A DNA stretch of 64,000 nt from an uncultured delta proteobacterium (GCA_963761335.1 CAVXGR010000012.1:704001-768000); one strand, 5' to 3'; shown: positions 18,185 to 28,006, counted from the stretch's first letter. Numbers and translations are program-made. The notes: a model not told the origin generated them from the sequence alone.

Positions 18185-19888
18185 ATGCGCATGCGAACGA
18201 TCTTGGCCATTCTCACGCTGGTTCTTCCCTTCGCCGGCTGCAGCGACGAGCCCGCTTCCACGGGAACGGAGAGCTTCGTCAGCGACCAGCACATCGTCTA
18301 CGCCGACGGCCTTCACAACGAGAACACCGAGATGATTCGGCTCGGCGATCGCATCCTGCTGATCTTCCGCGGCGGCGAGATGGCGCAGACCGGATCGGCG
18401 CAGGCCCGCATCAAGGTGTTCGAGTCCACGGACGAGGGCGCGACCTTCAACCTGGTGAGCGAGGTGAATGCCCACAACCTCTCCGCGGACCGCGACATTC
18501 GCGATCCGAAGCTCGTCGAGATGGACGGCAAGCTCTTCCTCTATGCCATCAGCCGGCAACCCGGCCTCGGCTATCGCGACCTCGGCGGCGAAGCCTGGAC
18601 GGTGCGCGCCGAGTCGACCGACGGCGGTCACACCTGGACTCCGCCGGTGCGGACGTACGAGGACATCTCTCCCGGCGGCAGCGAGACCTTCTGGGGGTTC
18701 TGGCGCTATACCAGGCGCTCCTACACCGCTGCGGGCGAGAGCCGACAGACGCTCTTTGCCACCGGCTACAACGACGGTGACACCCGGGTCGGCCTGTTCG
18801 CTTCCGACGACGGCATCCGCTGGGAAAAGCGCGCCATCATCATCGATTCCTACGCCGACGTCCCGAGTGAGGCCGAGCTGCAGTTCTTCGGCGACAACCA
18901 GGAGAAGGCGGTGGCCCTGATTCGCCTCGACAACCAGGACATCCTCGCCGACGGGCAGACGGCCATCTGCACGTCGACGGAGCCGTTCACCAGCTGGGAG
19001 TGCGGGCGTCGCATCGAGCAGCGGCTCGACGGGCCGACCTGGATCGTCCGCAACGACGGCGGACAGCTGCGCAGCTTCGTCTTTGCTCGCAAGCACCTGC
19101 CCTGCACCTTCAAGCGGACCGCCGTCTACGAGCTGCGCGGCGATCTCACCGATCCGAACTCGCCGGTCGAGGTCTGCGAGATCCAGGAGGTGAAGAGCTC
19201 CGGCGACACGGCGTACACGGCCCTCGCTCCGCTCAGCGGAGACGAGTATCTGCTCTCCTGGTACAGCAGCCCGGTCGACGAGGAGCTGCCGTGGCTCGAG
19301 GGTCAGTTCAGCCCGAGCGACATCTGGCTGGCCACGGTGAGCTTCGCCGCGGCCCCCGACACCTGCGTGCCTCCCGAGCCGGATGCCCCCTGCGTGCCGG
19401 CGCCGCTGCCGGCGACCACCGAGGTCTTCGACATCAGCGGCCAGCACCTGCTGACCTTGGCCCCGGTGATCTGGCCGGCGGAGGCGCTTTACATGCGAGC
19501 CGACGTCAGCGTCCACGATCAGAGCCTCGACCTCTCCCTGCAGCCGCTCGATCCGGAGAGCAAGGCTCCGGTGGGCACGGCGTGGACGGTGACCGACGTT
19601 CCCATCGGCGCCGACGGCAGCTTCAGCGCCGATTTCGGCAGACAGCTGGTGCCGGCCGAGGCGTATCCGCTGCTCAACGATCCGTTCCTGACCGTCAACG
19701 ATTTCGTCCTCACCGGCAAGACGCTCTCCGCCGACAGCTTCTGCGGAGATGCCGGCGGTTACGGCCAGGTGCTCGGCAGCTCGCCTGCAGACCGAATCGG
19801 CCTGGACGGCTCGACCTTCGGCGCCCGGCGGATCATCGGAGACACCCTGCCGATGCCGGCCGGCTCCTGCGCCGAGCTGGGTTCCTAG
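18185..19888 (+). CDS. Asp-box (BNR) beta-propeller lipoprotein, sialidase-like
   Basis: RBS AGGAGG; lipobox FAGC; STDEGATF, STDGGHTW, SDDGIRW Asp-boxes; DIRDP. Confidence 0.75.
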   Translation: MRMRTILAILTLVLPFAGCSDEPASTGTESFVSDQHIVYADGLHNENTEMIRLGDRILLIFRGGEMAQTGSAQARIKVFESTDEGATFNLVSEVNAHNLSADRDIRDPKLVEMDGKLFLYAISRQPGLGYRDLGGEAWTVRAESTDGGHTWTPPVRTYEDISPGGSETFWGFWRYTRRSYTAAGESRQTLFATGYNDGDTRVGLFASDDGIRWEKRAIIIDSYADVPSEAELQFFGDNQEKAVALIRLDNQDILADGQTAICTSTEPFTSWECGRRIEQRLDGPTWIVRNDGGQLRSFVFARKHLPCTFKRTAVYELRGDLTDPNSPVEVCEIQEVKSSGDTAYTALAPLSGDEYLLSWYSSPVDEELPWLEGQFSPSDIWLATVSFAAAPDTCVPPEPDAPCVPAPLPATTEVFDISGQHLLTLAPVIWPAEALYMRADVSVHDQSLDLSLQPLDPESKAPVGTAWTVTDVPIGADGSFSADFGRQLVPAEAYPLLNDPFLTVNDFVLTGKTLSADSFCGDAGGYGQVLGSSPADRIGLDGSTFGARRIIGDTLPMPAGSCAELGS

Positions 19889-19910
19889 CCACTCGCGACG
19901 AGGGAAAAGA

Positions 19911-19984
19911 TGGCGGCGCGTGGAATCGAACCACGGACCTAGGGATTATGAGACCCTCGCTCTAACCAACTGAGCTACGCCGCC
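19911..19984 (-). tRNA. tRNA-Met (CAT), elongator-like; CCA not encoded
   Basis: GGCGGCGTAGCTCAGTTGGTTAGAGC...CTCATAA...GGTTCGATTCC...CGCCGCCA cloverleaf. Confidence 0.93.
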
Positions 19985-20051
19985 TCGGTCTGCCAGAGGA
20001 ACTCCGGTGAATAGAGAATGGCAGCCGGAACGTCAAGGCAGGGTTCCCTCG

Positions 20052-20480
20052 GGTAGTGGAGGATTTTGAAATGAAACGCGGTCAACTTCCATCCACCACA
20101 ACCCCGCTCTGTTGAGTTGAACCCGACTTCCCCAGGTTGCATCTGTGGCTGGGAGGGAGGAGATCATTCGCCCCGGAGGGGCGCGGGCGTGTAGCCCCGG
20201 GTCGGAGACCCGGGGATCCCGAAGTCGACGTCCGTTGGCGCCCCGCCAGGGGCGCGGGCGCGGTTTGACACAGGCATCTGCACCCCGGGGTTGCACGCCT
20301 GCGCCCCTGGCGGGGCGCATCGGGGAAGGCGGACCCGGGATCCCCGGGTCTCCGACCCGGGGCTACATGCCTGCGCCGCTCCGCGGCGCGATCCTCCAGC
20401 CCAAGTTGGGTCGTGGGGGATTTTGATTGGTAAGGCGATTTTGAAACCAAACGCGGTTGATCTCAAGATCCACCACTACT
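20052..20480. mobile_element. MITE-like element with imperfect TIRs enclosing an inverted TAGCCCCGGG-type REP doublet
   Basis: GTAGTGGAGGATTTTGA / TCAAGATCCACCACTAC; flanks TTCCCTCG and TCCCCTCC (6/8); internal TGTAGCCCCGGGTCGGAGACCCGGGGATCCCG and its reverse complement. Confidence 0.7.
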
Positions 20481-20533
20481 TCCCCTCCGCCGGCTTCCAT
20501 CCAGGCGCCGCCGCTGCCAGACTGGTCGCGCCT

Positions 20534-21235
20534 ATGTCGTCGCTGCACGAATACCACAGGAAGCGCCGCTTCGACGTCACCGCCGAGCCCAAGGGGCGCC
20601 GCGGCGAGAGCAGGCAGGCGCGGCTCCGGTTCGTCGTGCAGAAGCATCGGGCGCGGCGACTCCACTACGACTTCCGTCTCGAGTGGGACGGCGTGTTGCT
20701 CTCCTGGGCGGTCCCTAAGGGGCCGTCTGTCGACCCTTCGGTGAAGCGCCTGGCGATGATGGTGGAGGACCATCCGCTCGAGTACGCCGGCTTCGAGGGA
20801 ATCATTCCCGAAGGAGAGTACGGCGGCGGCACGGTGATGCTGTGGGACAAGGGCACCTGGACACCGGAGTCGCCCGACGTCGGCGAGGCGCTGCGCAAGG
20901 GCTCGCTCAAGTTCGCGCTGCGCGGCAAGAAGCTGGGCGGCTCGTGGGCGCTGGTGCGCACGCACTCGCGGCAATACGACGGCGATCGCGCCTGGCTGCT
21001 GATCAAGCACGGCGACGATCACGCCGACCGCAAGCGCGACATCACCGAAGAGGAGCCGCGCTCGGTGAAATCGAAGCGCCTGTTGGCGGAGATCGCCATC
21101 GAGGAGGGCGGCGACGTCGAGAAGGCGGCCAGCGGCGATCCGGCCGACGAGATCCGCGCCCTGATCAAGGCGCTGCCCAAGAAAAAGTTGCGGCGCAAGC
21201 GCCAGCCCTCGGTGTGGCGTACGAACGGCGGATGA
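20534..21235 (+). CDS. Stand-alone LigD 3'-phosphoesterase domain protein
   Basis: EYHRKRRFDVTAEP, FVVQKHRARRLHYDFRLE, SWAVPKGPS, VEDHPLEY, YGGGTVMLWDKG. Confidence 0.92.
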   Translation: MSSLHEYHRKRRFDVTAEPKGRRGESRQARLRFVVQKHRARRLHYDFRLEWDGVLLSWAVPKGPSVDPSVKRLAMMVEDHPLEYAGFEGIIPEGEYGGGTVMLWDKGTWTPESPDVGEALRKGSLKFALRGKKLGGSWALVRTHSRQYDGDRAWLLIKHGDDHADRKRDITEEEPRSVKSKRLLAEIAIEEGGDVEKAASGDPADEIRALIKALPKKKLRRKRQPSVWRTNGG

Positions 21236-21245
21236 GCGCCGGGCC

Positions 21246-21656
21246 TCAGGCGCCGCGCGGGCAGGAGGCGGCAGCCTGCTGGCAATAGTGCTCGACGAGA
21301 TCGAGCATGCGGCGCACGTCGACGGGCTTCTGCAGATACTCGGTGACGCCCAGCCGCGCGGCGCTGCTCTTGGCGTCGTAATGCCCGGAGTAGACGACCA
21401 CCGGAATATCCGCCAGCTTTGCGTCCTCCATCTGCCGGCGCCGAAACTCGAAGCCGTCCATGCGCGGCATCATCAGGTCGAGCAGAATCAGGCAGGGCTC
21501 CAGACCGTGGTGCAGGACCCGCAGGGCATCCTCCCCGTCCGCGGCGGCGGCGACGTTGTATCCGGCGAGCTCCAGCAACGCCTTCATCGCCTCCCGAATG
21601 GCGCGGTCGTCGTCGACCACAAGGACCGGGGGCTTGCCGTCCGCTTTCTCGCTCAT
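21246..21656 (-). CDS. Single-domain response regulator
   Basis: VLVVDDD, ILLDLMMPRMDG, LQKP. Confidence 0.93.
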   Translation of the reverse strand: MSEKADGKPPVLVVDDDRAIREAMKALLELAGYNVAAAADGEDALRVLHHGLEPCLILLDLMMPRMDGFEFRRRQMEDAKLADIPVVVYSGHYDAKSSAARLGVTEYLQKPVDVRRMLDLVEHYCQQAAASCPRGA

Positions 21657-21864
21657 CGCCGCCTCTACAAATCGACTATCACGATCCCTCGGGGCGGCCT
21701 AGAGGGTGTTTCGAAAGGAGAATCTCCGGCCCGGCACTGGACAGAAGCCCGGGGCGACCGCACAATGGGGCAATCATGGAAGGGCGCATGCCGGGTCGCG
21801 CAGAGATTGCGGCCGCCGCCGTGCCCCGGGTTGGGGAGGCGAGCCGCCCCAGGAGGAGGAGAAG

Positions 21865-22398
21865 ATGAGCAGCTTCACCGATCGAATGATCCGTGCCGCC
21901 CGGCTGGAACCGCAGCTCTACGAGGAGGTCGAGGCCGACCAGACGGCCATGGGGCAGGCGATGGGAGTGGTGCTGCTCTCGAGTGTCGCCGCCGGGATCG
22001 GCGCCATCAGCCACGGCGGCGCCATCGGCATCATTGCCGCAGCCTTCGGCGCCCTGATTGGCTGGTTCGTGTGGGCCCTTCTCGTCTACCTGATCGGCAC
22101 GCGTATCCTGCCGCAGCCGCAGACGCAGGCAGACGTCGGCCAGCTCCTCCGCACAACCGGCTTCTCCGCATCGCCGGGTCTGCTGCGCGTCGTCGGCTTC
22201 ATTCCGGTGATCGGATTCATTTTCGTCCTGGTGGCCGACGTCTGGATGCTGGTGGCCATGATCGTCGCCGTGCGCCAGGCACTCGACTATACGAGCACCG
22301 CACGGGCGGTCGGCGTCTGCCTGATCGGCTTCCTCGTGTACGTCGCCATCGCCGGTGTGATCCTGGCGCTGTTGGGCGTGCCGCCTACTCCGGCCTGA
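21865..22398 (+). CDS. YIP1-family membrane protein
   Basis: RBS GGAGGAG; RAARLEPQLYEEVEAD, LLRTTGFSASPG, AVRQALDY; multiple TM helices. Confidence 0.8.
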   Translation: MSSFTDRMIRAARLEPQLYEEVEADQTAMGQAMGVVLLSSVAAGIGAISHGGAIGIIAAAFGALIGWFVWALLVYLIGTRILPQPQTQADVGQLLRTTGFSASPGLLRVVGFIPVIGFIFVLVADVWMLVAMIVAVRQALDYTSTARAVGVCLIGFLVYVAIAGVILALLGVPPTPA

Positions 22399-25300
22399 CG
22401 GCAAACAGCGCCGCCGCCAGCGCCGGCAGGTCGCCGCCGTCCACCCTGCCGTCGCCGTTGGCGTCGGCAAACGCGCAAGCGGGCTCTCCTCCGGCGGCGA
22501 TCAGCCGCAACAGCGCCGGCAGATCCGCGGCGCTCAATTCCCCGTCGCAGTTGGCGTCGCCGGCCGGGTTGCTCTGCGGCGTCGCCGTCGCCTCGGCGGT
22601 AGGCGTCTCCGTCTGCTCCGGGGTGACCGTCGGTGTCTCCGTCTCGCCCGCGGCAATCGTCTGACTGGCGGTGGGGCTCGGCGTTTCGCTCGCCGTCTCC
22701 GTTGGGCTCGCGGTCGGCGTCTCCGTCGCGGTTTCCGTGGCCGTTTCCGTCGCCGTCGGCGTTGCCGTCGGTGTCGGCGTCATCGTGAAGGTCGCCGTCT
22801 CCGTCGGCGTGCGCGTCGCCTCGACGAGCAGCGCGCCGTCTCCGACCTGCAGGCGACTGACGCCGCCGTCCGCCGTCTGCTCGGCTCCGAAACCGTCGCC
22901 GGCCGACAGCGAGATGCTGCCCTCGGGCCTCGGAAATTCTTCCGGATTGTCGGCGTCGTTGAGGATGTGCAGGGGAACGCTGCGCAGCGGCCCCTCGAGA
23001 GGCCGCAGGCGCAGGGCGAGCAGCTCACCCGAAGGCAGCGGCGGAACCGGCGGGGTACCGCCGCCCGACGGCGACAGCTCCGCCGGGGCAAAGATCACCG
23101 CGGAGACGAACTCGTCGCGCTGCTGTCCGACCCCCGGACAGAGACAGCTGTCCCGCGAGACACAGCTGGTGTTCTCGATGACGACGCGATACGGCGCCGC
23201 GCCGGGAACTTCGATCGCGGTGGTCAGGCCGTTGGGGCTCGGATCTTCGCAGCTCGCCAGCTCCAGACCCGGGATCGCCACCGAGAACGCCAGTGCGGCA
23301 ATCTCGTCGTTGCCGCCCTGGCCGCCGTCGTCCGGCCCCTGCTGGAAGACGATGGGAATGCGCGCCGGATCGTCGGCGGCGCCGCTGGCGCTGCCGACCT
23401 GGAGACTGGCGCAGCTCTCGGTGCAGGGCTCCACCTGGTCGGCTTGCCGCTCCGCAAGCCGCGCCACCACGCCGATGATGTCGGTCCCGGTGAGGCGACC
23501 GTCGCCGTCGGCATCCACCGCGAGCGACGTCGCCCTGCCCTCCGCCACGGCGTCCTCGACCGCCTCGCCGCCGGCCCCGGCCAGCAGCGCCGCGGCGACC
23601 ACCGGCAGGTCGGCCGCACTGACGACGCCGTCGGCGTTGGCATCGCCGCGATGCACGCCGAAGTCGCCGAGGTTGACGGCCAGAGAGACGTCGCCACCGC
23701 CGAAATTGGCGGCCATCAGATCGTAGCTGCCGTCGCCGTCGAAGTCGCCGGCGGCGAGGTCGACCGGATACCGCCCCGCGGCCAGACAGCCGATCTTCGG
23801 ACATTCCGTCTCCACCGGGCCGAGGATCGGCTGCGGCGGCGGCTGTCCGCGGCGAATCACGATGCTGTCGGAAAGGCTGTCGGCGACCAGGGCATCGCGG
23901 ATGCCGTCGCCGTCGATGTCGCGCATGGCGAGCGCCGCCGGGAGCTTGCCGGCAGAGAAGCGGTCGGAGAATGGCGGAAAGTCGGCAAAGCTGCGCGTGC
24001 CGGTGGCGCGGTGGACGAGGAGCCCCGCCGGGTCCGCCTGATTGGCGGTGACGATGTCGCGCTTGCCGTCGCCGCTGACATCGCTCAGCACCAGGCCGAC
24101 CGGCCGGGCCTGGGTAATGACCGACAGGGGCGGCAGCGACAGAGTGCCGTCGCCGGCGCCATAGAGAACCGAGATGGTCGGCATCTTGTCGGCGGCGACG
24201 AAGTTGCCGGCGACCACGTCGAGGTGACCGTCGCCGTCGAGGTCGGCCACGTCGAAGGAAAGAGGAAAGAATTCTCCCTGCTCACCAGTGCGCACCACGT
24301 ACCGCTCCGGCGCCTGAAAGGTGCCGTTGCCGTTGCCGCGCAGGACGGCGATGCTCTCCGCCTGCCCCTGGCTGGCGACGATGTCGGCGGCGCCGTCGCC
24401 GTCCACATCGGCGGTGCCGAGCGCAGAGACCGCGGCGCCCGCGGCGAACAGCTGCGCCGCGGCAAAGCCGCCGCGCCCGTCGCCGAGAGCGACGCCGATC
24501 TGGTCACCCTGGCCGACCAGGAGATCGGGTCGCAGATCGCCGTTCACATCGGCGAGCGCCACGGCGTCGGCAACCGCGCCCAGAGCGTACGGCCGCGAAG
24601 CGAAGCCGCCGGCGCGCCAGAGCAGCAAACCCAGCGTCGCAGCGCTGCGGCTGCTGACCACGGCATCGGGATGGCCGTCGCCGTCGACGTCGGCGATGGC
24701 CAGCGCCTTGGGGTCGGCGATCGCCGGAAAAGTCTCCTCGGCGACGAAGCCGCCCTCCGGGCGGCTGAGAAGCACTGTGTAGGTGGCGCCTTCGGAGGCG
24801 ACGAAGTTCAGCGCCACGATGTCACTCAGAGTGTCCGCATCGAAGCGCCCGGCGAGGACGGAAGGGATGCCGGCGGCGCGGAGAAAGGATCGTTGCCGCG
24901 GGAAGTGACCGCTGTCGTCGCCGTAGGCGATGGTGACGTCCTGGGAGAGGTCATTGGCGACGGCGACGTCCAGGTGACCGTCGCCGTCGAAGTCGCCGGC
25001 GGCGGTGTCGGTCGGGTAGCGGTTCGCGGGGAACGCCAGCGGCGCGGCAAAGGTGCCGTCGCCGCCACCGAGCAGCAGCGAGAACTGGTCGGTGGTGCGG
25101 TTCGCCACCACCACATCGGCAAGGCCGTCCTGGTTCCAGTCGCCGACCGTCACTCCCAGCGGCGACATGCCGGCAGCGTACTCGAGCGGGCCGTCAAAGG
25201 TGCCATTGCCGGCGTTGCGCAGGAAAGAGATGGTGCCGCTGTCGCGGTTGCCGACCACCAGGTCGAGCCGATCGTCGCCGTCGATGCGCGCCGCGACAAT

Positions 25301-25885
25301 CGACTGCGGCACGGCGCCGACCTCGTAGACGGCGTTCTCGACCGGCGTGAAGGTGCCGTCGCCGACGCCGTGGAGGATGACCACCTCGCCGCTGCCGCTG
25401 AGACCGCTGCCGAGGACGGCGAGGTCGGGAATGGCATCGCCGTCGAGGGGAGCGGCGATCACCCCGACCATGCTGCCGATCGGCGCATCGAAGACGATCG
25501 GCGCGGCAAAGCTGCGCGGGCCGGTGGCCAGGAGCACCGATATGGAACCGGAAGAGGAGTTGACCGAAACCAGGTCGAGGCGCCCTTCGGCATCGCCGTC
25601 GAGGTTGGCGACGGCGACGGCTGCCGGCAGGATGCCGGTGTCGTAATCCACCTGGCTGTCGAAGGTGCCGTCGCCGAAGCCGTAGAGGACGGCGATGGTC
25701 ATCGACTGCGCCGTCGGCACGATCACGTCGAGCGCGCCGTCGCCGTCGAGATCGACGGCCGCCTTGCCGAGGACGGGGTTGCCCCCGAAGATCTGGTCGG
25801 TGAAGGCGGTGCGGAACAGCGGCTGCGCCGAAGCGCTGGCAGCGCTCGTCGCCACCGCCAGCAGGATCCCGAAACTCCTCCACAT
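22385..25885 (-). CDS. Secreted FG-GAP/VCBS repeat protein with two dockerin-like domains, a cohesin-like segment and a Pro/Thr linker
   Basis: Signal MWRSFGILLAVATSAASASA; many DxDGDGxxD repeats; GDANADGVVSAADL and GDANCDGELSAADL...ADANGDGRVDGGDL. Confidence 0.85.
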   Translation of the reverse strand: MWRSFGILLAVATSAASASAQPLFRTAFTDQIFGGNPVLGKAAVDLDGDGALDVIVPTAQSMTIAVLYGFGDGTFDSQVDYDTGILPAAVAVANLDGDAEGRLDLVSVNSSSGSISVLLATGPRSFAAPIVFDAPIGSMVGVIAAPLDGDAIPDLAVLGSGLSGSGEVVILHGVGDGTFTPVENAVYEVGAVPQSIVAARIDGDDRLDLVVGNRDSGTISFLRNAGNGTFDGPLEYAAGMSPLGVTVGDWNQDGLADVVVANRTTDQFSLLLGGGDGTFAAPLAFPANRYPTDTAAGDFDGDGHLDVAVANDLSQDVTIAYGDDSGHFPRQRSFLRAAGIPSVLAGRFDADTLSDIVALNFVASEGATYTVLLSRPEGGFVAEETFPAIADPKALAIADVDGDGHPDAVVSSRSAATLGLLLWRAGGFASRPYALGAVADAVALADVNGDLRPDLLVGQGDQIGVALGDGRGGFAAAQLFAAGAAVSALGTADVDGDGAADIVASQGQAESIAVLRGNGNGTFQAPERYVVRTGEQGEFFPLSFDVADLDGDGHLDVVAGNFVAADKMPTISVLYGAGDGTLSLPPLSVITQARPVGLVLSDVSGDGKRDIVTANQADPAGLLVHRATGTRSFADFPPFSDRFSAGKLPAALAMRDIDGDGIRDALVADSLSDSIVIRRGQPPPQPILGPVETECPKIGCLAAGRYPVDLAAGDFDGDGSYDLMAANFGGGDVSLAVNLGDFGVHRGDANADGVVSAADLPVVAAALLAGAGGEAVEDAVAEGRATSLAVDADGDGRLTGTDIIGVVARLAERQADQVEPCTESCASLQVGSASGAADDPARIPIVFQQGPDDGGQGGNDEIAALAFSVAIPGLELASCEDPSPNGLTTAIEVPGAAPYRVVIENTSCVSRDSCLCPGVGQQRDEFVSAVIFAPAELSPSGGGTPPVPPLPSGELLALRLRPLEGPLRSVPLHILNDADNPEEFPRPEGSISLSAGDGFGAEQTADGGVSRLQVGDGALLVEATRTPTETATFTMTPTPTATPTATETATETATETPTASPTETASETPSPTASQTIAAGETETPTVTPEQTETPTAEATATPQSNPAGDANCDGELSAADLPALLRLIAAGGEPACAFADANGDGRVDGGDLPALAAALFAVRPE

Positions 25886-25964
25886 ATCGCTCACCTCGAT
25901 CCGGCCGCCGCCCCTTCTAGATGAAAGCGGCCGAAGACGGAAGACGCCAAGGCGTCCCCCCTCG

Positions 25965-26693
25965 TCACTGCGCGGCAGGGGGCGGCCCCAGGCGGTCGAA
26001 CTCCGCAGCCAGGCTGCGGCTGCTGACGGTGCGCTGGCCGCGGCGGACCTGGAGGAGCTGCCGCGTCGAGATCTCGAAGCAGGAGAGCTTGTTGGCGTAC
26101 ACCAGGCCGGTGTCGAGCCCGATCTTGTAGGGCAGGTCGAGGAAGATCTCCCGCTGTGGGGTGTGGCCGAAGAGCACGGTGAGCCCGAGATTGTGGGGGC
26201 TGCGAATGAACTCTTCGCGGATCCAGAGGAGCTCCTCGTCCTGCTGCCCATCGAGGGCGCGCAGCGGATTGATTCCGGCGTGGACGCAGAGGCAGTCGCC
26301 GGCGCGGTGTTGCATGCGGAGCCCGAGCAGGAAGTCGCGGTGCGGCGGCGGCAGGCGCTCGCCCACCTCGGCGCCGACGTAGCCGTCGAGGCCGTAGCTC
26401 GCCAGGGTGGCGCCGCCGCCATTGAACAGGAAGGCTTCGCCGTAATGGCCGCCGAGACCCATGAAGTCGAGGAACATGTCCTCGTGATTTCCCTTCAGAA
26501 ACACGCAGTCGGGATGCTGCGCGCCGAGATCGAGCAGGCGGTCGATCACCGCCTTGGGCGAAGGCCCGCGATCGATGTAGTCGCCGAGGAAGACCACGGT
26601 GTCGCCCTCGGCGAGCGCCAGGGCATCGAGCAGGACATCGACCTCCTCGACGCATCCGTGGATGTCGCCGATGACGAAGGTGCGCGCCGCCAT
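25965..26693 (-). CDS. Metallophosphoesterase (PPP-family Ser/Thr phosphatase-like)
   Basis: GDIHG, GDYIDRG, GNHE, VHAG, FGHTP, LDTG. Confidence 0.93.
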   Translation of the reverse strand: MAARTFVIGDIHGCVEEVDVLLDALALAEGDTVVFLGDYIDRGPSPKAVIDRLLDLGAQHPDCVFLKGNHEDMFLDFMGLGGHYGEAFLFNGGGATLASYGLDGYVGAEVGERLPPPHRDFLLGLRMQHRAGDCLCVHAGINPLRALDGQQDEELLWIREEFIRSPHNLGLTVLFGHTPQREIFLDLPYKIGLDTGLVYANKLSCFEISTRQLLQVRRGQRTVSSRSLAAEFDRLGPPPAAQ

Positions 26694-26733
26694 CAGCAGA
26701 ATCTCCGCGCCGCCTCCGTTCCCCGGCGGGCCG

Positions 26734-27717
26734 TCACTTCGCGGCCTCCTGGGTCTCGCCGCGCAGGGCGGCGGCGGCCTCGGGGCTCTCGACGACGCGC
26801 ACGGCGCCGTGGAAGGGATCGATCTCGCCGTGCTTGATTTGTTGCAGGACAGCGGCGAAGCTGCCGCGGTCGAGGGCGGCCTCGATGCGATGCGCGATCT
26901 CCTCGCGCAACAGCTGCAGGAACTCGTCTCGCCGCCCCTCGGCGGTGCGCGCCGCGGCCCCGCCGCTCTCGGCGAGAAACTTGCGGTGCCTCTCGACGGT
27001 GGCGAGCAGCTCGGCGACCCCTTTCCCCTGGTCGGCCTGGGTGAGCAGGATGGGCACCGACCACGGCGAGGGCGGGCGCAGATGCAGCATCATCTCGAGC
27101 TCGGTCTCCATCTTCATCGCGCCCTCGCGGTCGGCCTTGTTGACCACGAAGACGTCGGCGATCTCCAGGAGCCCGGCCTTCATGGCCTGCACGGTGTCGC
27201 CGGACTCGGGGACGAGAATGACGACGGTCGTGTCCGCGAGACGCATGATGTCGAGCTCCGTCTGCCCGACCCCGACCGTCTCCACCAGGATGTAGTCCTT
27301 GCCGAAGGCGTCGAGCAAGCGGCTCACGTGGCGGGTGGCGCGCGCCAGACCGCCGTGGCTGCCGCGGGTGCTCAGGCTGCGGATGAAGACGCTCGAGTCG
27401 AGGAAATGGCTCTGCATGCGAATGCGATCGCCGAGGAGAGCGCCGCCGCTGAAGGGGCTGGAGGGGTCGATGGCGACGATGCCGACGCGCTGGCCGGCGG
27501 AGCGCAGCTCTCCCACCAGGCGATCGACCATGGTCGATTTGCCGGCGCCGGGAGGGCCGGTGATGCCGATGGTATAGGCGCGGCCGGCGCGGCCGTGGAT
27601 GGCGGCCATGATCGCCGCGGTCTCGGGATGGCGGTTCTCCACCATGGTCATCAGCTTCGCCAGAGCGACGCGATCCCCGCCGAGCATCCGATCCACCAGA
27701 GCCTGGGCGTTCTTCAT
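26734..27717 (-). CDS. meaB: Methylmalonyl-CoA mutase-associated GTPase MeaB/ArgK
   Basis: GITGPPGAGKST, AIDPSSPFSGGALLGDRIRM, ETVGVGQ, NKAD. Confidence 0.93.
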   Translation of the reverse strand: MKNAQALVDRMLGGDRVALAKLMTMVENRHPETAAIMAAIHGRAGRAYTIGITGPPGAGKSTMVDRLVGELRSAGQRVGIVAIDPSSPFSGGALLGDRIRMQSHFLDSSVFIRSLSTRGSHGGLARATRHVSRLLDAFGKDYILVETVGVGQTELDIMRLADTTVVILVPESGDTVQAMKAGLLEIADVFVVNKADREGAMKMETELEMMLHLRPPSPWSVPILLTQADQGKGVAELLATVERHRKFLAESGGAAARTAEGRRDEFLQLLREEIAHRIEAALDRGSFAAVLQQIKHGEIDPFHGAVRVVESPEAAAALRGETQEAAK

Positions 27718-27818
27718 ACAGAGCTCATTTCACATCGGGTGTACCCGACAGGCAATAGGGGTGCAAACTGGAGGAGGAGGACGAGGAGGAGGACGAAGAG
27801 GGGGGCGAAGAGGAGGGC

Positions 27819-27958
27819 GAAGAGAATGTAAAATGGAGAACCGGTGATGACGAATGAAGAACCGGCAAACCGAACCGGCAAATGGCGAGGCATGCTCTGC
27901 AGCTTCATTGATCGGTTCTCCATCACCGGTCACCGGTTCTCCATTTTACATTCTCTTC
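27819..27958. repeat. 29-bp perfect inverted repeat (AT-richer hairpin) preceded by a purine-rich GAG/GAA tract
   Basis: GAAGAGAATGTAAAATGGAGAACCGGTGA (27819-27847) / TCACCGGTTCTCCATTTTACATTCTCTTC (27930-27958). Confidence 0.88.
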
Positions 27959-28006
27959 CTCTTCCCCCAGCTTGCCTCCCCTCCGGGCGCGTGGTAGCCG
28001 AGCCAC

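Noticed and set aside
12349..19888. Co-oriented genes separated by palindromes as an integron cassette array
   Set aside because: The palindromes are GTAG REPs without attC RYYYAAC...GTTRRRY cores, are absent from most junctions, and there is no integrase.
25886..26422. N-terminal extension of the FG-GAP ORF to 26422
   Set aside because: Overlaps the phosphatase in another frame; the signal peptide begins at 25885.
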